From assembly GCA_964016885.1 (NCBI GenBank), contig OZ024743.1:347386001-347450000 (forward strand): 64,000 nucleotides of DNA, given 5' to 3'. Below, piece by piece: positions 15,229-28,965 of this stretch (the stretch's first letter is position 1; the number at the start of each line of letters is the position of its first letter). The notes beneath the pieces were generated by a model. It was not told where the DNA came from. It did not search any database and saw nothing but the letters and a program-made list of their open reading frames with translations. Made by a program: the position numbers and the translations under genes. The DNA is from Eledone cirrhosa (Eukaryota).

Positions 15229-16506
15229 ATTAAAATAACAGATTAAAGTTTAAGCAAAGAATCGCTGCGTTCACCATTAACTGGATCTTATGAAACTAAC
15301 AAAGTCAATCTGTAAACGCAGAAGTAAATATTTCAAAGAACGTTGCAACCGGAGGAAGACAGGAAGACGATACTTTGGTTCGTGGAAACGTTCCCTGGCA
15401 AAGTACGGGACAAAACGAATATAATACGTCATTAATAGGAGCGGTGAAAAACAATTACGCGCAAAGACAGAACCACGTTTATGGTATGAAAGAAGTCGTA
15501 GACTAATGTTCTCTTAGGTGGTTCATAGAGACGTTCTCAGGCAATCGAAGATAATACGTCATATGTGGAGCGTGGAGAACAATTTGCACGCAAAGACAAA
15601 ACCACGCAAATGTTATAGCTGAAGTCGTAGACTAAAATTCTAACTAGGAAACCCAATGAATCTCTGCTTCAGAGTTAAAAATAAAGTAAATAAAATACAA
15701 TACAGACGTAATAGAAATTAAATAAATACATACACGCATGCAATTCGTACATACACAAGCATACGCGAAAACACTTGCCATAGGTATACAAAACCACGCA
15801 CATATAAATATGTGTGTGTGTGTGTGTGTGCGCGTGTATACAAATAAATAAATAATTAAATAAACGTATATAAATAAATAAATACGTATATAATAAACGC
15901 ACACACATACCTACAAGTAAATACACAAATGTTCGGAGACGTAAGTCAACCAAAACATGAAGTACGCATATAAACACCCTACATACGTACGAACCTGCAT
16001 ACTCACACAGACGCAAAACTCCCGTATACACATAACCAAACCATATGTACCAGAATATATAAAAAATTATATGCCATAACATATAGAATCAAATATTCGT
16101 ACGAGAAAGTATACGTACCTTCACAAAACATACAGGTAATATATACTTACCTATGCAAATAAGTAATGGTATAAACAAAACATATACTTAGCTACCACAT
16201 CAAGACGTAAAATATCCACGTATAGATCGTACTATCCGTTAGGGTATAACGTGGGGCTGTAATACAGGAAAGTGTTGTGCAATTTATGTTTACAAGCCAA
16301 AATTGCCTCAGATTTTTTGCTTAAGATGTGTTCTATGGCGTAGAGTATTTCCAGGGCCTCAGCGGCGTAGAGGTCACATGGTCTTTTATTTCCGTTATAC
16401 GATCTAGCCCTAGCTAGGATATCCCAGTGTAACTTATATTGGGTGTGGTTGTCTTTTAGACTCCAGATATAAGCTGAAAGTGACGTCATATTCCTTCTTA
16501 AAGGGT
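15229..16506 (-). mobile_element. Inverted 3' arm (GIY-YIG end plus 3' UTR/pLTR) of PLE family B
   Basis: Reverse complement of ~17720-19004. ORF 16232-16489 duplicates the C-terminus of ORF 16480-17991. Confidence 0.9.
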
Positions 16507-17991
16507 AACGAAATTAGAAGTTTGGCCCCTCTTGCACTGTGGAACAATTCTTTCGCGGTGATTGATTGGTTCAACGGCATATGCAACAAGGAACATTGCC
16601 GTTTTATCCAATTCGTCATTAACAATTACTACTCCTCCATCACTTTACCACTTCTCCTTAAAGCTATCGATTTCGCTAAAACACTCACAGTGGTTAAGGA
16701 TTTCGAAGTTGATGTCAACCTCAATGCCCGTAAGTCGGTGATTAATTTCGACGACTCTATTTGGATTAAAAACTCCAATAGTACCCCATTCGACGTGAGT
16801 ATGGACGCCAGCGATTCTGCGGAGGTTACTGATCTTATCGGCCTTTTCCTTCTTTTCTCTATCAAGGATGAATTCCCCAACGCGGGCGGTGGTTTGGACC
16901 GTGATGATGGTCTTTTTACCCTGACTAAGTGCGGACCTCGGGCTTGCGACAGGTTCAGAAAAGAACTCACAGCCTTCTTTAAAGGCTTCAACCTCTCTAT
17001 ACAGGTTGAGGCCAATCTCTCGGTCGTTAATTACCTTGACGTTACCCTCAATTTATCGAATGAGTTGTATTACCCGTATAGAAAGCCGAATGATACGCTT
17101 AATTACATAAGTAAGCATTGCAACCATCCTGTCAGCATAACCAAGAACCTGGTAAGAAACGTTTCGTTGAGGCTTTCCCGTCTATCTACTAACGAGCATA
17201 TTTTCAACGACCATTACACTTACTACAATGAAGCTCTTGATCGGAGTGGATTTGTCGATAGGGTAGCATATACAGAGTACGAAAATAGACCTACAAGAAA
17301 TAGATCCCGTCGCATTTGTTGGTATAACCCACCATATAATATGGAACTGGCCACACCATTAGCTAAGATCTTTCTTTCCCTTATTACGAAGCATTTTCCA
17401 CCTTCACATAAATATAGTAAAACTTTTAATAGAAATACTATTAAAATTTCTTACTCTACGACTCCTAACCTTGCACATAACATCACAGCTTCAAATTTAG
17501 CTAAAATAACTAGCCGTAGGTACACGTGCAACCCAGTAGTTAGTACTAACTGTAATTGTAGGAATCGGGTTGATGGCCCCCTATCCGGGAAATGCCTCTC
17601 TAGTAACATTGTCTACAAATGTAAGGTTGAAACACTCACGTCCCGTAGGGCCTACATAGGGTTAACCGCCAATAGATTCACGCAGCGTCTTTATATGCAT
17701 ACCCATTCTTTTCGTTACTCTCTAAGAAGGAATATGACGTCACTTTCAGCTTATATCTGGAGTCTAAAAGACAACCACACCCAATATAAGTTACACCAGG
17801 AGATCGTAACTAGGGCTAGATCGTATAACGGAAATAAAAGACCATGTGACCTCTGCGCCGCTGAGGCCCTGGAAATACTCTACGCCACAGACCACATCTT
17901 AAACAAAAAATCTGAGGCAATTTCGGCTTGTAGACATAAATTGCACAAAACTTTCCTGTATTACAGCCCCACGTTATACCCTAACGGATAG
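16507..17991 (+). pseudogene. PLE polyprotein, 5'-truncated: RT, thumb, Cys-rich linker and GIY-YIG endonuclease
   Basis: 503-aa track ORF whose first codons come from the inverted arm. Motifs: MDASDSAEVTDLIG, GGLDRDDGL (Y of YRDD changed), NYLDVT, YRKPN, WYNPPY, CNCR..CL, IVYKC..AYIGLT, CDLC..E. Confidence 0.9.
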
Positions 17992-18997
17992 TACAATCTA
18001 TACGTGGATATTTTACGTCTTGATGTGGTAGCTAAGTATATGTTTTGTTTATACCATTACTTATTTGCATAGGTAAGTATATATTACCTGTATGTTTTGT
18101 GGAGATACGTATACTTTCTCATACGTATATTTGATTGTATATGTTATGGCGTATCCTTTTTTATATGTTCTGGTACATATGGTTTGGTTATGTGTATACG
18201 CGATTTTTGCGTCTGTGTGAGTATGCGGGTTCGTACGTATGTAGGGTGTGCGTATATGTGTACTGTGTGTTTTGTTGACTTACGTCCCCGAACATTTGTG
18301 TATTTACATGTAGGTATGTGTGTGCGCTTGTTATATACGTATTTATTTATTTATATACGTTTATTTAATTATGTATTTATTTGTATACACACACACACAC
18401 ACACACATATATTTATATGTGCGTGGTTTTGTATACCTATGGCAAGTGTTTTCGCGTATGCTTGTGTATGTACGTACTTGCATGCGTGTATGTATTTATT
18501 TAATTTCTTTTACCTCTGTATTGTATTTTATTTACTTTATTCTTAACTCTGAAGCGGAGATTCATTCTGTTTCCTAGTTAGAATTTTAGTCTACGACTTC
18601 AGCTATACCATTTACGTGGTTTTGTATTTGCGTGCAATTGTTCTCCACGTTCCACATATGACGTATTATCTTCGTTTTTTCCGTTCATTGCCAGAGAACG
18701 TCTCTATGAACCACCTAAGAGAACATGAGTCTACGACTTCTTTCATACCATAAATGTGGTTCTGTCTTTGAGCGTAATTGTTTTTCACCGCTCCTATTAA
18801 TGACGTATTATATTCGTTTTTTTCCCGTTCTTTGCCAGGGAACGTTTCCACGAACCAAAGTATCGTCTGCCTGTCTTCCTCCAAGTTGCAACGTTTTTGA
18901 AATATCCACTTCTGCGTTTACAGATTGACTTTGTTAGTTTCAGAAGATCCCGTTATGGGTGAAAGCAGCGATTCTTTGCTTAAACTTTAATCTGTTA

Positions 18998-19004
<7 letters not shown>
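16507..19004 (+). mobile_element. 5'-truncated Penelope-like element family B
   Basis: RT-GIY-YIG ORF plus a ~1-kb 3' UTR ending at (TA)n. Other copies at 19054 and 61918. Confidence 0.92.
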
Positions 19005-19053
<49 letters not shown>

Positions 19054-19058
<5 letters not shown>

Positions 19059-20880
19059 AATATTCGAAAATAAAAAAGTCAATCTTTGAACGCAGAAGTA
19101 AATATTTCAAAAAACGTTGCAACCGGAGGAAGACAGGAGGATGATACTTTGGTTCGTAAAAACGTTCCCTGGAAAAGATCGGGAAAGAACGAGATAATAC
19201 GTCATTATTTGGAGCGGTGAGAAACAATTACACGCAAACACAAAACCACGTTTATGGTATAAAAGAAGTCGTAGTGTAATATTCTATTAGGTGGTTCATG
19301 GAGACATTCTCTGGCAATGAACGAAAAAAAACGAAGAAAATACGTCATTATTTGGAGCGGGAGAACAATTGCACGCAAAGACAAAACCACATAAATGGTA
19401 TAACTGAAGTGGTAGACTAAAATTCTAACTAGGAAACCGAATGACTCTCGGCTTCAGAGTTAAGAATAAAGTAAATAAAATACAGAGGTAATTGAAATTA
19501 AATAAATACATACACGCATACATATACGTACGTACACAAGCATACACGAAAACACACGCCATAGGTATACAAATACAAGCACGAACACAAAAATCCGCAC
19601 GCACATACATAACCTACGCAACGCCTGTAGCCGCACACAAACGAATGTATACACCAAATACACATATAAATATATATAAAAAAAAAATATATATATATAT
19701 GTCTGTGTGTGCGTGCGTGTATACATATAATTAAATAAACGTATATAAATAAATAAATACGTATATAACGCACGCACACACATACCTACATGTAAATACA
19801 CATATGTTCGGAGACAACGTCAACCAAAACACACAGTACACATATACGCACACCCTACATACGTACGAACCCGCATACTCACACAGACGCAAAAATCGCG
19901 GATACACATAACCGAATGCATATGTCCCAGAATATATAATATATACGCCATAACATATACAATCAAATATTCGTACGGGAAAGTATACGTATCTTCACAA
20001 AACATACAGGTAATACATACTTATCTATACAAATAACTAATGTTATAAACATAACATATACTTAGCTACTACATCAAGACGTAACATATCGTTTTAGGGT
20101 ATAACGTGGGGCTGTAATACAGAAAAGTTTTGTGCAATTTATGTTTACAAGACGAAATCACCTCAGAATTTTTGTTTAAGATGTGTTTTTTGGCGTAGAG
20201 TATTTCCAGGGCCTCAGTGGCGCAGAGGTCACATGGTCTTTTATCTCTGTTATACGATCTAGCCCTAACTAGGATCCCCCAGTGTAACTTATATTGGGTG
20301 TGGTTGTCTTTTAGACTCCAGATATAAGCTGAAAGTGACGTCATATTCCTTCTTAAAGGGTTAAGAAAAGAATGGGTATCCATGTAAAGACGCTGCTTGA
20401 ATCTATTGGCGGTTAACCCTATGTAGGTTCTACGGGACGTGAGTGTTTCAACCTTACATTTGTAGACAATGTTACTAGAGAGGCATTTCCCGGATAGGGG
20501 GCCGTCAACCCGATTCTTACAATTACAGTTAGTACTAGCTACAGGGTTGCACGTGTTCCTACGGCTAGGTAGTTTAGCTAAATTTGAAGCTGTGATGTTA
20601 TGTGCAAGGTTAGGAGTCGTAGAGTAAGAAAATTTAATGGTATTTCTATATAAAATGTTACTATATTTATGTGTTGGGGGAAAATGCTCCATAATAAGTG
20701 AGATAAAGATCTTAGCTAAAGGCGTAGCCACTTTCATATTATATGGTGGGTTATACCATATAATGCGTCGGGATCTATTTTTCTAGGTCTATTCTCGTAC
20801 TCTGTATATGCTACCTTATCGACAAATACATTCCGAGCAAGAGTTTCATTGTAATATATAGAATGGTCGTTGAAAATATC
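19054..20880 (-). mobile_element. Second, more diverged 3' copy of PLE family B
   Basis: ORF 20069-20737 is homologous to the C-terminal half of 16480-17991. It lies tail-to-tail with the previous copy across a (TA)n tract. Confidence 0.9.
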
Positions 20881-20907
20881 GATTTTAGTCTTCAATTTGA
20901 TTATTAT

Positions 20908-21029
<122 letters not shown>

Positions 21030-21330
21030 CATAGGATGGCTTCGGGAAAAACAAATACTATGAAGAGGGTGGTCAATATTGACTGCAGCTACTATTTTGG
21101 TCAAGGCAAGCAGGGCCACAGCGATTTCGGGGTGTGATGTTGGCCAGCGGAGAGTTCGCGGTACAGCGCGGCGCCGTACTAGGCTTGCGATGGTCATTCC
21201 GAGCGAAGATCTCTACCGGCATAGTTGGGACTTCAGACGCCTGGTCCTGATGTTGGTAAACTCCATACGTTCAATAACTTCAACATAGGTGAATATAGGA
21301 GGGTAGCAAGGACTACGGCACTGTACACTC
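21030..21330 (-). mobile_element. Highly decayed RTE-like LINE 3' fragment
   Basis: EVIERMEFTNIRTRRLKSQLCR resembles the RTE C-terminal EVL.R....I...L...QLRW motif. Confidence 0.35.
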
Positions 21331-22347
21331 TGAACTTGAACATTTCTTAATGTGTTTATTGTTCCACACTCGCTTGTATAGTCTGATAAATGTGGGTGTA
21401 TGTTCATAAGACGGAGTAACTTCTACAGAGAAAAATATTTTATTTCCTAAATTTTGAAAATCAGGCGAAGGACATTAAAATTTACTCAACAAATATTTTA
21501 TCCCCACTGTCGCTTGTGTAATGAAGCAACTCTAAAATCAATGGTTATCTACATTAATCCAATCCACCCACATTACCTACTTTTTTCTGTGTTTATCAAA
21601 TTACCAAAGGAATCTCACTAACCAAACTATATCCCAGCTCTATCGAAATCATAAAACAAAATCCTTCAGCCACTGATTTATTGTAATAAAATGAGAAAAT
21701 CCAACTGAATTTACCTCAAAATTGATATATGTCCTTTTCCTTGAAGTAAAAGATAAACATCGGCTACGACAGGGAAATAGAAATATCTTGATCATCAAAA
21801 ATAAATACGTAAGTAGAAAATGATTATGAATATAGTGGAAAATCGTGTACATATGTAAAGAATTCGAATATCAAATACAGCCAAACATCTGACTAAAAAG
21901 TATTAATATACCCGCACATACATTCACACATACACAAATCTCCGCCGACACCATACAAACGTGATATACACAACATATACGCATGAACCCGCACCCACAT
22001 TATACACAGACTATCTACTAAAGAAGCGAACAAACACCATGTAATCATAAAACAAATAAAAGTGAACAAGAGACTGAAAACATTCTTCACCACACACGAT
22101 AATTTTATGGAAATAATACAAGAAGCAAAACGACAATCACAACAGATAAACCTCTGAATCACTGATTACATCTTGATAAGGCAGGAAATGGAGGTTTTAT
22201 AACTTGCATAAAGTCATGTATCCAGTACACAGATATCCCATATGATATCTGAATACAAATACAACACAACAAAATACTGGGAAACTGAAACATTTAAGAT
22301 TAATAAAAATTAAAACTAGTAAAGGCATACAAAACTTAAAAGATTAT

Positions 22348-22415
<68 letters not shown>

Positions 22416-22417
<2 letters not shown>

Positions 22418-22607
22418 CGAAGGAAATGTGGTAAGGAACCAGGTGGACCATAACGCACCAAAGTACTCAATACTTGAGGTAGTAGAGTGGATAATAGGAA
22501 CCAGTAAGACCCCGACAGCTGAGCTCAAGCCGTTTCGACGGCTAATTCTCTCGAATTAGCCGTCGAAACGGCTTGAGCTCAGCTGTCGGGGTCTTACTGG
22601 TTCCTAT
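22416..22607. mobile_element. Family W fragment ending in a perfect hairpin (55-bp arms 22494-22548/22553-22607, 4-nt loop)
   Basis: GACCCCGACAGCTGAGCTC..GTTTCGAC family, also at 1990, 6857, 29649, 44507 and 55625. Confidence 0.8.
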
Positions 22608-22693
22608 ATATATATATATATATTTGTATGTATGAACATATATATATATATATATATATATATGTTTGTGTGTGTGTGTATACACATACACAC

Positions 22694-22727
<34 letters not shown>

Positions 22728-22785
22728 GTGTATACACACACACACAAACATATATATATATATATATATGTTCATACATACATAC

Positions 22786-22824
<39 letters not shown>

Positions 22825-22979
22825 CGTAGCAGCTAACTCCACCACCCATTTCAACGGGTAGTTCCACCTTGCCAACAAGTAGGCCAGTAAATTATTTTCT
22901 TGATAGAAATAGTAAAATCTGCATGAAATCACAATATGTCGTCTTCAATAAAGAAGGATATATTTGATAATGTAATATG

Positions 22980-23250
22980 GCAGATATAAAAATAAATGGC
23001 ATGATCACTGCTGGAGAGACTTCTGTCATAGGTCACTTTGATTATGATTGATCTGTTATTAAAACAATATCAAAAACAAGGGTTGTGCCATCCCCAAACA
23101 TCTTCACCGAGGAGTCTTTAATTCACATGTCATGTCCGGATTAAAAAGCAATATAGATAACACAAAAATAACATTTTTGATACCCTGACTGTCTTCATTA
23201 CTAAACCCTTTTCAAACATGAAACAACAAACTTTGACAAAATCACCGGTA
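22980..23250 (-). mobile_element. Very decayed CR1/L2-type RT fragment
   Basis: Minus-strand remnants SQG..., VKMFGDGTTL (FADDT-like) and QSDL. Confidence 0.3.
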
Positions 23251-24209
23251 GGTTGTCTTCTACTTCCATTTAAGTACATTAACTATACAACAATTATCAG
23301 CTATGATACTTGAATCACGCACTAAAGAATAGAAATATACCTGCTTCCAATATATATATCGCACAAAAAACCCACCTTTCAGTCATGATTGATCAATGTT
23401 TTGTTGTACCGGTAAAATCCCTCTATAAGACGCAAGCCCGGGCAAGATGAATTTGGCAACGACAATCAGCTGCGTAAGGGTACCAATTTCCTCACTCTAG
23501 GCCACACATGTTGGTAAAGGGAAAAACAAACTCCAATGCAGCTTCGCAGCAGTCAGTTTGTACCTCATTGTTTCCACTCAATGGACTGGTGCAATGTAGA
23601 ATAATGTCTATTGTTGAAAGAAAATATGGCCAACTAAATTCGGGAATGTAACTTACGAACTTACGATTGTATGCCGAACACCCTAACCGATAAATTACGC
23701 GCTTCCACTATATATACCGGACATAACAACATATAAATATAAAACCTAAATAATACTATGGAAATAGTTTATTATCCAGTATCTGAGAAACCTAGTGACT
23801 GGTTATGTCGACAATTTTTGGACGATGGGAGAATTTAAAAAAAAAGTCTTCACAACAGAACAAAAAATGCCACTTTATTTCTCTTCCACTCTATGAGCTT
23901 TCTTTAATTTATCAGAAATTATTTACGAACATGTTTATATGCAAAATCTGGTAATTCAATGTGCCACCTGGTTTAACACAAAAAAGTGGTCCTTGATGCT
24001 GTTGCCTATGTCCACTCTGTTGCAAACATACGCCATAGTTCTCCAGTTTGAGTATACGTATCACCCAACTGAAAACGCGTGTAGACGGTACAAATGACTA
24101 AAACAAAAATTGCAAAAAGCACAGAAATAATCGAACTGATACATACATACATCACACAACAAAATATAAACATCTACGCCAAGAAACTAGACAAAGAAAT
24201 TAAACAACG

Positions 24210-24540
24210 TCATCATCATCATCGTGTTCCCGGAACTGTTGCAACCAATCGTTGGGGTGCCACTCTAGAAACTTTTGCTGTCAGTTCTCGACACTGGTCT
24301 CTATTCTCTGTCACGCGTAGAAGGAACTCTGTGTTATGACTAGTCCAGTCTTTGATGTTGTTGGATATGCATTGTTTTTGTCTGCCTTTTCTTCGCCCTC
24401 CCGTGACTGTGCCCTGAAGTATGGTTTTGGACAAGAAGTTATGGTGGGATATATGGCCATACCAGACAAGCTTCCATCCTTTCACTGTTGCAAGGACTGT
24501 TTCCTGTCTGCCAGCATATTTGTTAACTTGTTGCCTGACA
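24210..24540 (-). mobile_element. RTE-clade LINE 3' end
   Basis: KLVWYGHISHHNFLSKTILQGTVTGGRRKGRQK...NIKDWT, followed by a (TGA)n tail. Confidence 0.85.
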
Positions 24541-24859
24541 AACAAAATATAAAAAACACAACAAAATGTAAAACAAAAGCTGGTAAATATTGTCTAACAT
24601 AAACAGGAAATAACAAGCGGCAAACTTCTTCTATAATGATTAGCATATTCAACAAATACAAGAAGCCTAACACATTACATATGACAATAATAAATTCAAG
24701 CAATATTCATTCATTGACGGCGGTGGAATTATAGAATTGTCACAGCATCTGATAAAATGCCATTGTGGAATTTGTTTTGGCTCTTTCATAAAATCTGATA
24801 TGATATTTCTAAAACTGAACAAAACCACAACCAAAGCATCATTACATAAATACCCTTAC

Positions 24860-24952
24860 TCTCGTATGTATGACCCCGATATTCGTAAAAACCCTTGTAA
24901 CTGGTGTCATTAATACATCTAAATTCAAACTTCATACAAAGAATATGAGAGT
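24860..24952 (-). CDS. Candidate 93-bp phase-1/1 exon (xSHILCMKFEFRCINDTSYKGFYEYRGHTYE)
   Basis: Strong T-rich acceptor ...ttttttcag, A|gtaagg donor and an open frame. C...G..YRG weakly recalls the start of a kringle domain. Confidence 0.35.
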
Positions 24953-25204
24953 CTGAAAAAACGTCAAATAATAAAAAAAAAAGTAAATAAAACTTATGAT
25001 TTAATTTTGATTGTTTGCCATCGATAATTTCATCAACATTAGGAACAGAAATGTTAGCAAATAGTGCTGACACTTTACGTAATAAATGCCGTTGGTCCGT
25101 ACTATATACCTAAATATCGAATATCCATTATTGTTCCTATTTTCACAGTTTTATTAAATAAGTATAGTTACATGTTGACATATTTTCTCATTCATAATCT
25201 AAGT

Positions 25205-26365
25205 TGCAGAGGTACACTGGTTTTTAAGGCTCCTCGGTAAAGTCTGTGCATAGTGCTTGACAAAGAAATAAAGGCGTACCGTCGTAGCAAACTAGCAGGC
25301 AAATAGTGTGGCTTTCGCCCTGGACGTAACAGAGCCGACCACATATTCACTTTCTGGCAAATCTTGTGAGTATTGCTAAGAGAAGAATGCTTCATTTGTG
25401 AACCCCGAAAAGGCATATGACTGGATTCCACGGGACATAGGGAAGGTTCAACAGGAGTATGACGTTGACAAACAATTTCTTGTTGTTTGGAAGTCCCTTT
25501 ATGAATTGTTTTCGGATATATGGTGCTAAATCGAAACTATTCAAACAAATGATATATGCAACCATGTTGGTGATAGTATCGAAACCGGTGCGTGTTAGGT
25601 CAGTCCACTACATTGTGCAGTCGACAAGGTGCTACTTAACACGTTGGAAGTTGATCTTCGACATACACAGAAAAAGTTTGCTGACGATTACTACATGGCA
25701 GGAATAAAAATCAGGCATTCAACCTCTCAAGAATGCCTGCCAGTTGTACTCTGTATATGATTGAAGTTCCACCGAAGCAGGGGGAGGAATGCGAGTTTCT
25801 CGGGGCTGTTTTCGCGAGTGATGTTTGGCAACAGGCTGAAGAATATTCAAGAATTGCTGGAACTGGTGTAGTAATACGCCACCATCTCTTAGCCACAAAC
25901 AATAATGGAGTTATGTGTGAAAGCAAAATTCACTCTCTTCAATTGGGTGTTCGTTCCTACTCATACATGTGTTAATGAATCTTGTGAAATGACCGATGAA
26001 ATACAAACGGCTGAAATATCGTTGGTCCAAAAGGTGTTTGGAATAACATTACTCGCTATAGTGAGTGTGTAGTTCGGAGATCAGTCAGTCACTCCTGTTA
26101 GAGGTGCTACTTCTCTGCATCCATAAATCACAGCTCCGATTCTATGAGAATGTAGTTAGAATGTTACGCACAACACATTTTACAGACAAAGTCAACCGCT
26201 AAAAGACCACGAGGTAGACCACGAACAAGACGATTGGATAATATCAATGAGTTCGGTAGGTCTCGTTTGGAGATCATTTGGAGATGATTGCTTTTGATAA
26301 TACCATCTAAGTCTGAGGATTGCCACTATGATTCTCTCAACAATAAGAGGGCAAAGAAGAAGAAC
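25205..26365 (+). mobile_element. Decayed RTE-clade LINE (RT to 3' end)
   Basis: CGFRPGR..DHIFT, EKAYDWIPR, FLGAVFASD...SRIA and KRPRGRPRTR..DNI, with many stops. Confidence 0.8.
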
Positions 26366-27364
26366 TCTAGCCTATTGTTCAAGCTGAACATCGTCAACAA
26401 AATATCTGGAAGTGCCTGCTACCGTCATATGCCCCATTTTCTTTCTCCTGACCGTAAATAGAATATATATATATTTGCGGCACATGTCTAAAAACGAACG
26501 AGAATTAATTATTCAGTGTTCCAGTTTAACTGATACGATGTATCGTATAATGAATACAGTTAAAATTCTCGAAATCTACAGCCTCTTTTCAGACCTGTGC
26601 GAGGGCAAAATACAGAAGAAGAAATCTATTTTGCATCCGTAGAAAAAATATGTTAATATACTGATGCAACCACGTTGGACAATGTGTGAAAAAGAAATAG
26701 GTTATCGACACATTTTTTTTTCAATCTGCTATTTCATTTAATAATACACATAATTACATATCAATATGAAATTTCATATCAAAAGAGGCATGTCAAAAAT
26801 CAACCTTAAATATACATAAATATAATCATATAAATACGTCGTAATTATAAGGCATAATTAAAAAAGAAAAATCATGTGTGTTTGTGAATGCCTTCATGTG
26901 TGTGTATGTGAGTGGTTTTGTGCGTTAGTGTATGTATATAGATTCAAATATATTGAATATATATGTAGATTATGTATGCACCGCGCTATATTTCAATAAT
27001 GCAATTTTGAGAAAGATCTAAGCGACAGACATAGGACGTGACAATGTCTGCGAATCTAGCACATGTGTTTTTAATTAGTTGCTGAACACGTCTAAACTAG
27101 CAAACAAACTTCCAGCCTATAATATATGAATGGAAAGTAGAAATAATCACGTTATTTCATTATATGTAATTTCACATGTTATTGTCAAATCATTCTCATG
27201 AATGCATGTTATGTATGTATATATATGTATGTATGTAAGTATGTATGAACGTATATAAATATGTGTATATATACACACGTATATCACATCATCATCATCA
27301 TATCATTTTACGATCGCTTTTCCATGCTTGCAAGGGTGGGACATATATATATATACACACACAT

Positions 27365-27404
<40 letters not shown>

Positions 27405-28887
27405 GTATATATATGTACATACGTATATATATGTACATATATACATATATATCATGGATGGTAATGTGTGGTTGAAAATCCTCTTTGAATGGTCTGTGGT
27501 ACTAATTTTTTTTTCCTGTTGTGGTTTAATTTTAATTTTAATTTTATTTAATTTGCTAATTGTATTTTGTGTTGTGTATTTAGCCTAGGCTAAGCTTGCA
27601 TTTTGTTGTTGGGTAACTTTATGTTAAGATAATAGATTTTTTTTTAATTTACAGGAAATTACGTAAATTTGACATGCTCTCTAGATACTCAATGTGTAAA
27701 TATTATGTATACGTTTACACAGTCTTGGTCCTCGCTGTACAGTACATATGTAGATATATACAGCGGCTTTATATATATATTCAAATTAATAGCCAAACAA
27801 TCAAGCGCTAATAATTTGCCAAAACAGTACATCCATTTCAGTAATTCTCCTATAAATGGTATTGTATTTATGCTCACCAGCTATGTATTTCCTTGTGTTT
27901 GAGAAGCTAAAATTATTATCATTCGCTCAAATTACAGATAAACATATATATTTTACATGTTTACATGTTTAGGTACTCCATGTGTAAATTTGCAAACACT
28001 TATGCAGTCTCGGTTGCTTGTGTACTCTATTTATCCCAAAATAAATCTAGCATGTACTACATCTGCATAGTGTATATTTTAAAGTGTTTGTGTTTGTGTG
28101 TGTCAGAAGGAAAAGGAGAGATAGATAGCTATGTAGATAGAGAGATATAGAGAGACAGGCAGAACGAGAGAGAGAGAGAGAGAGAGACGGGGGGGGGGGA
28201 TAAAACTGCAAATGTGACAATTTACATTTACAATGTTTAAAGACATTCATGAATTATGAATTTAATTAACAATCGTTTACTAACTTGACAACGTTGAGTG
28301 AGAAATATGCAATTGTTATTATGCAAGCGTAAATGTTTCCCTTGCAAATGTGGGAGAACATTATGTACTGATGGAATCACTCTCTCTCTCTCCTTGCCTA
28401 TCGTTCTCCTTTCCTTTATTTTCTATACACTTTGATGAACGTATGACCGACTGGTTTTCATTGTTCTTTATTTAGACTTTGCTTAGTTTCTTATAATTAT
28501 ATATAAGTTATAAATAAAGATAGAACATCAGGAAAATGATATGAACAAAGAAAAAAGCATGGGTTGAGTAGTAATATGCATGCGAACACAACCACATCCT
28601 TATATAGATATATATCGTAAACATAGTGTCGTGTATGTATTTAATTTATAGTTTTGTCAAAGGGTTGTAAAGAAGCATTGACCTGTTGGAATGACTCTGG
28701 TAGAGGAAAGACAGAAGGGACCTAGCATGATGGGAATTCAAGCATATAACAGTAGCATTTCTTCAAGTTATCGAGTTATCATTTAAAGGTAGAACTAGTC
28801 AGACATTTTGCAACTAAATTATCTTCGATAAAAACGACTAGGCCCCATGCGATAGCATTAATCAGAATAGGTTTTCTATTCATATAG

Positions 28888-28965
28888 TGGATGCACATTT
28901 GTCTCATTGCTAAAGAAAGTAACTTCACAATGTGGACATCCGAAGTTCGATCCAGCGACGTAACG
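28888..28965 (+). CDS. Candidate 78-bp phase-0/0 exon (WMHICLIAKESNFTMWTSEVRSSDVT)
   Basis: ttttctattcatatag acceptor and ACG|gtgagt donor; only one frame is open. W.H.C resembles the pentraxin/LamG HxC motif (weak). Confidence 0.35.

Noticed and set aside
16480-16506. Apparent start codon of the 503-aa ORF
   Set aside because: It lies in the inverted arm; the element is 5'-truncated within the RT.
22167-22222. Second TTGATAA hammerhead-like motif
   Set aside because: GAAA is replaced by TAAA and stem III is absent; single copy.
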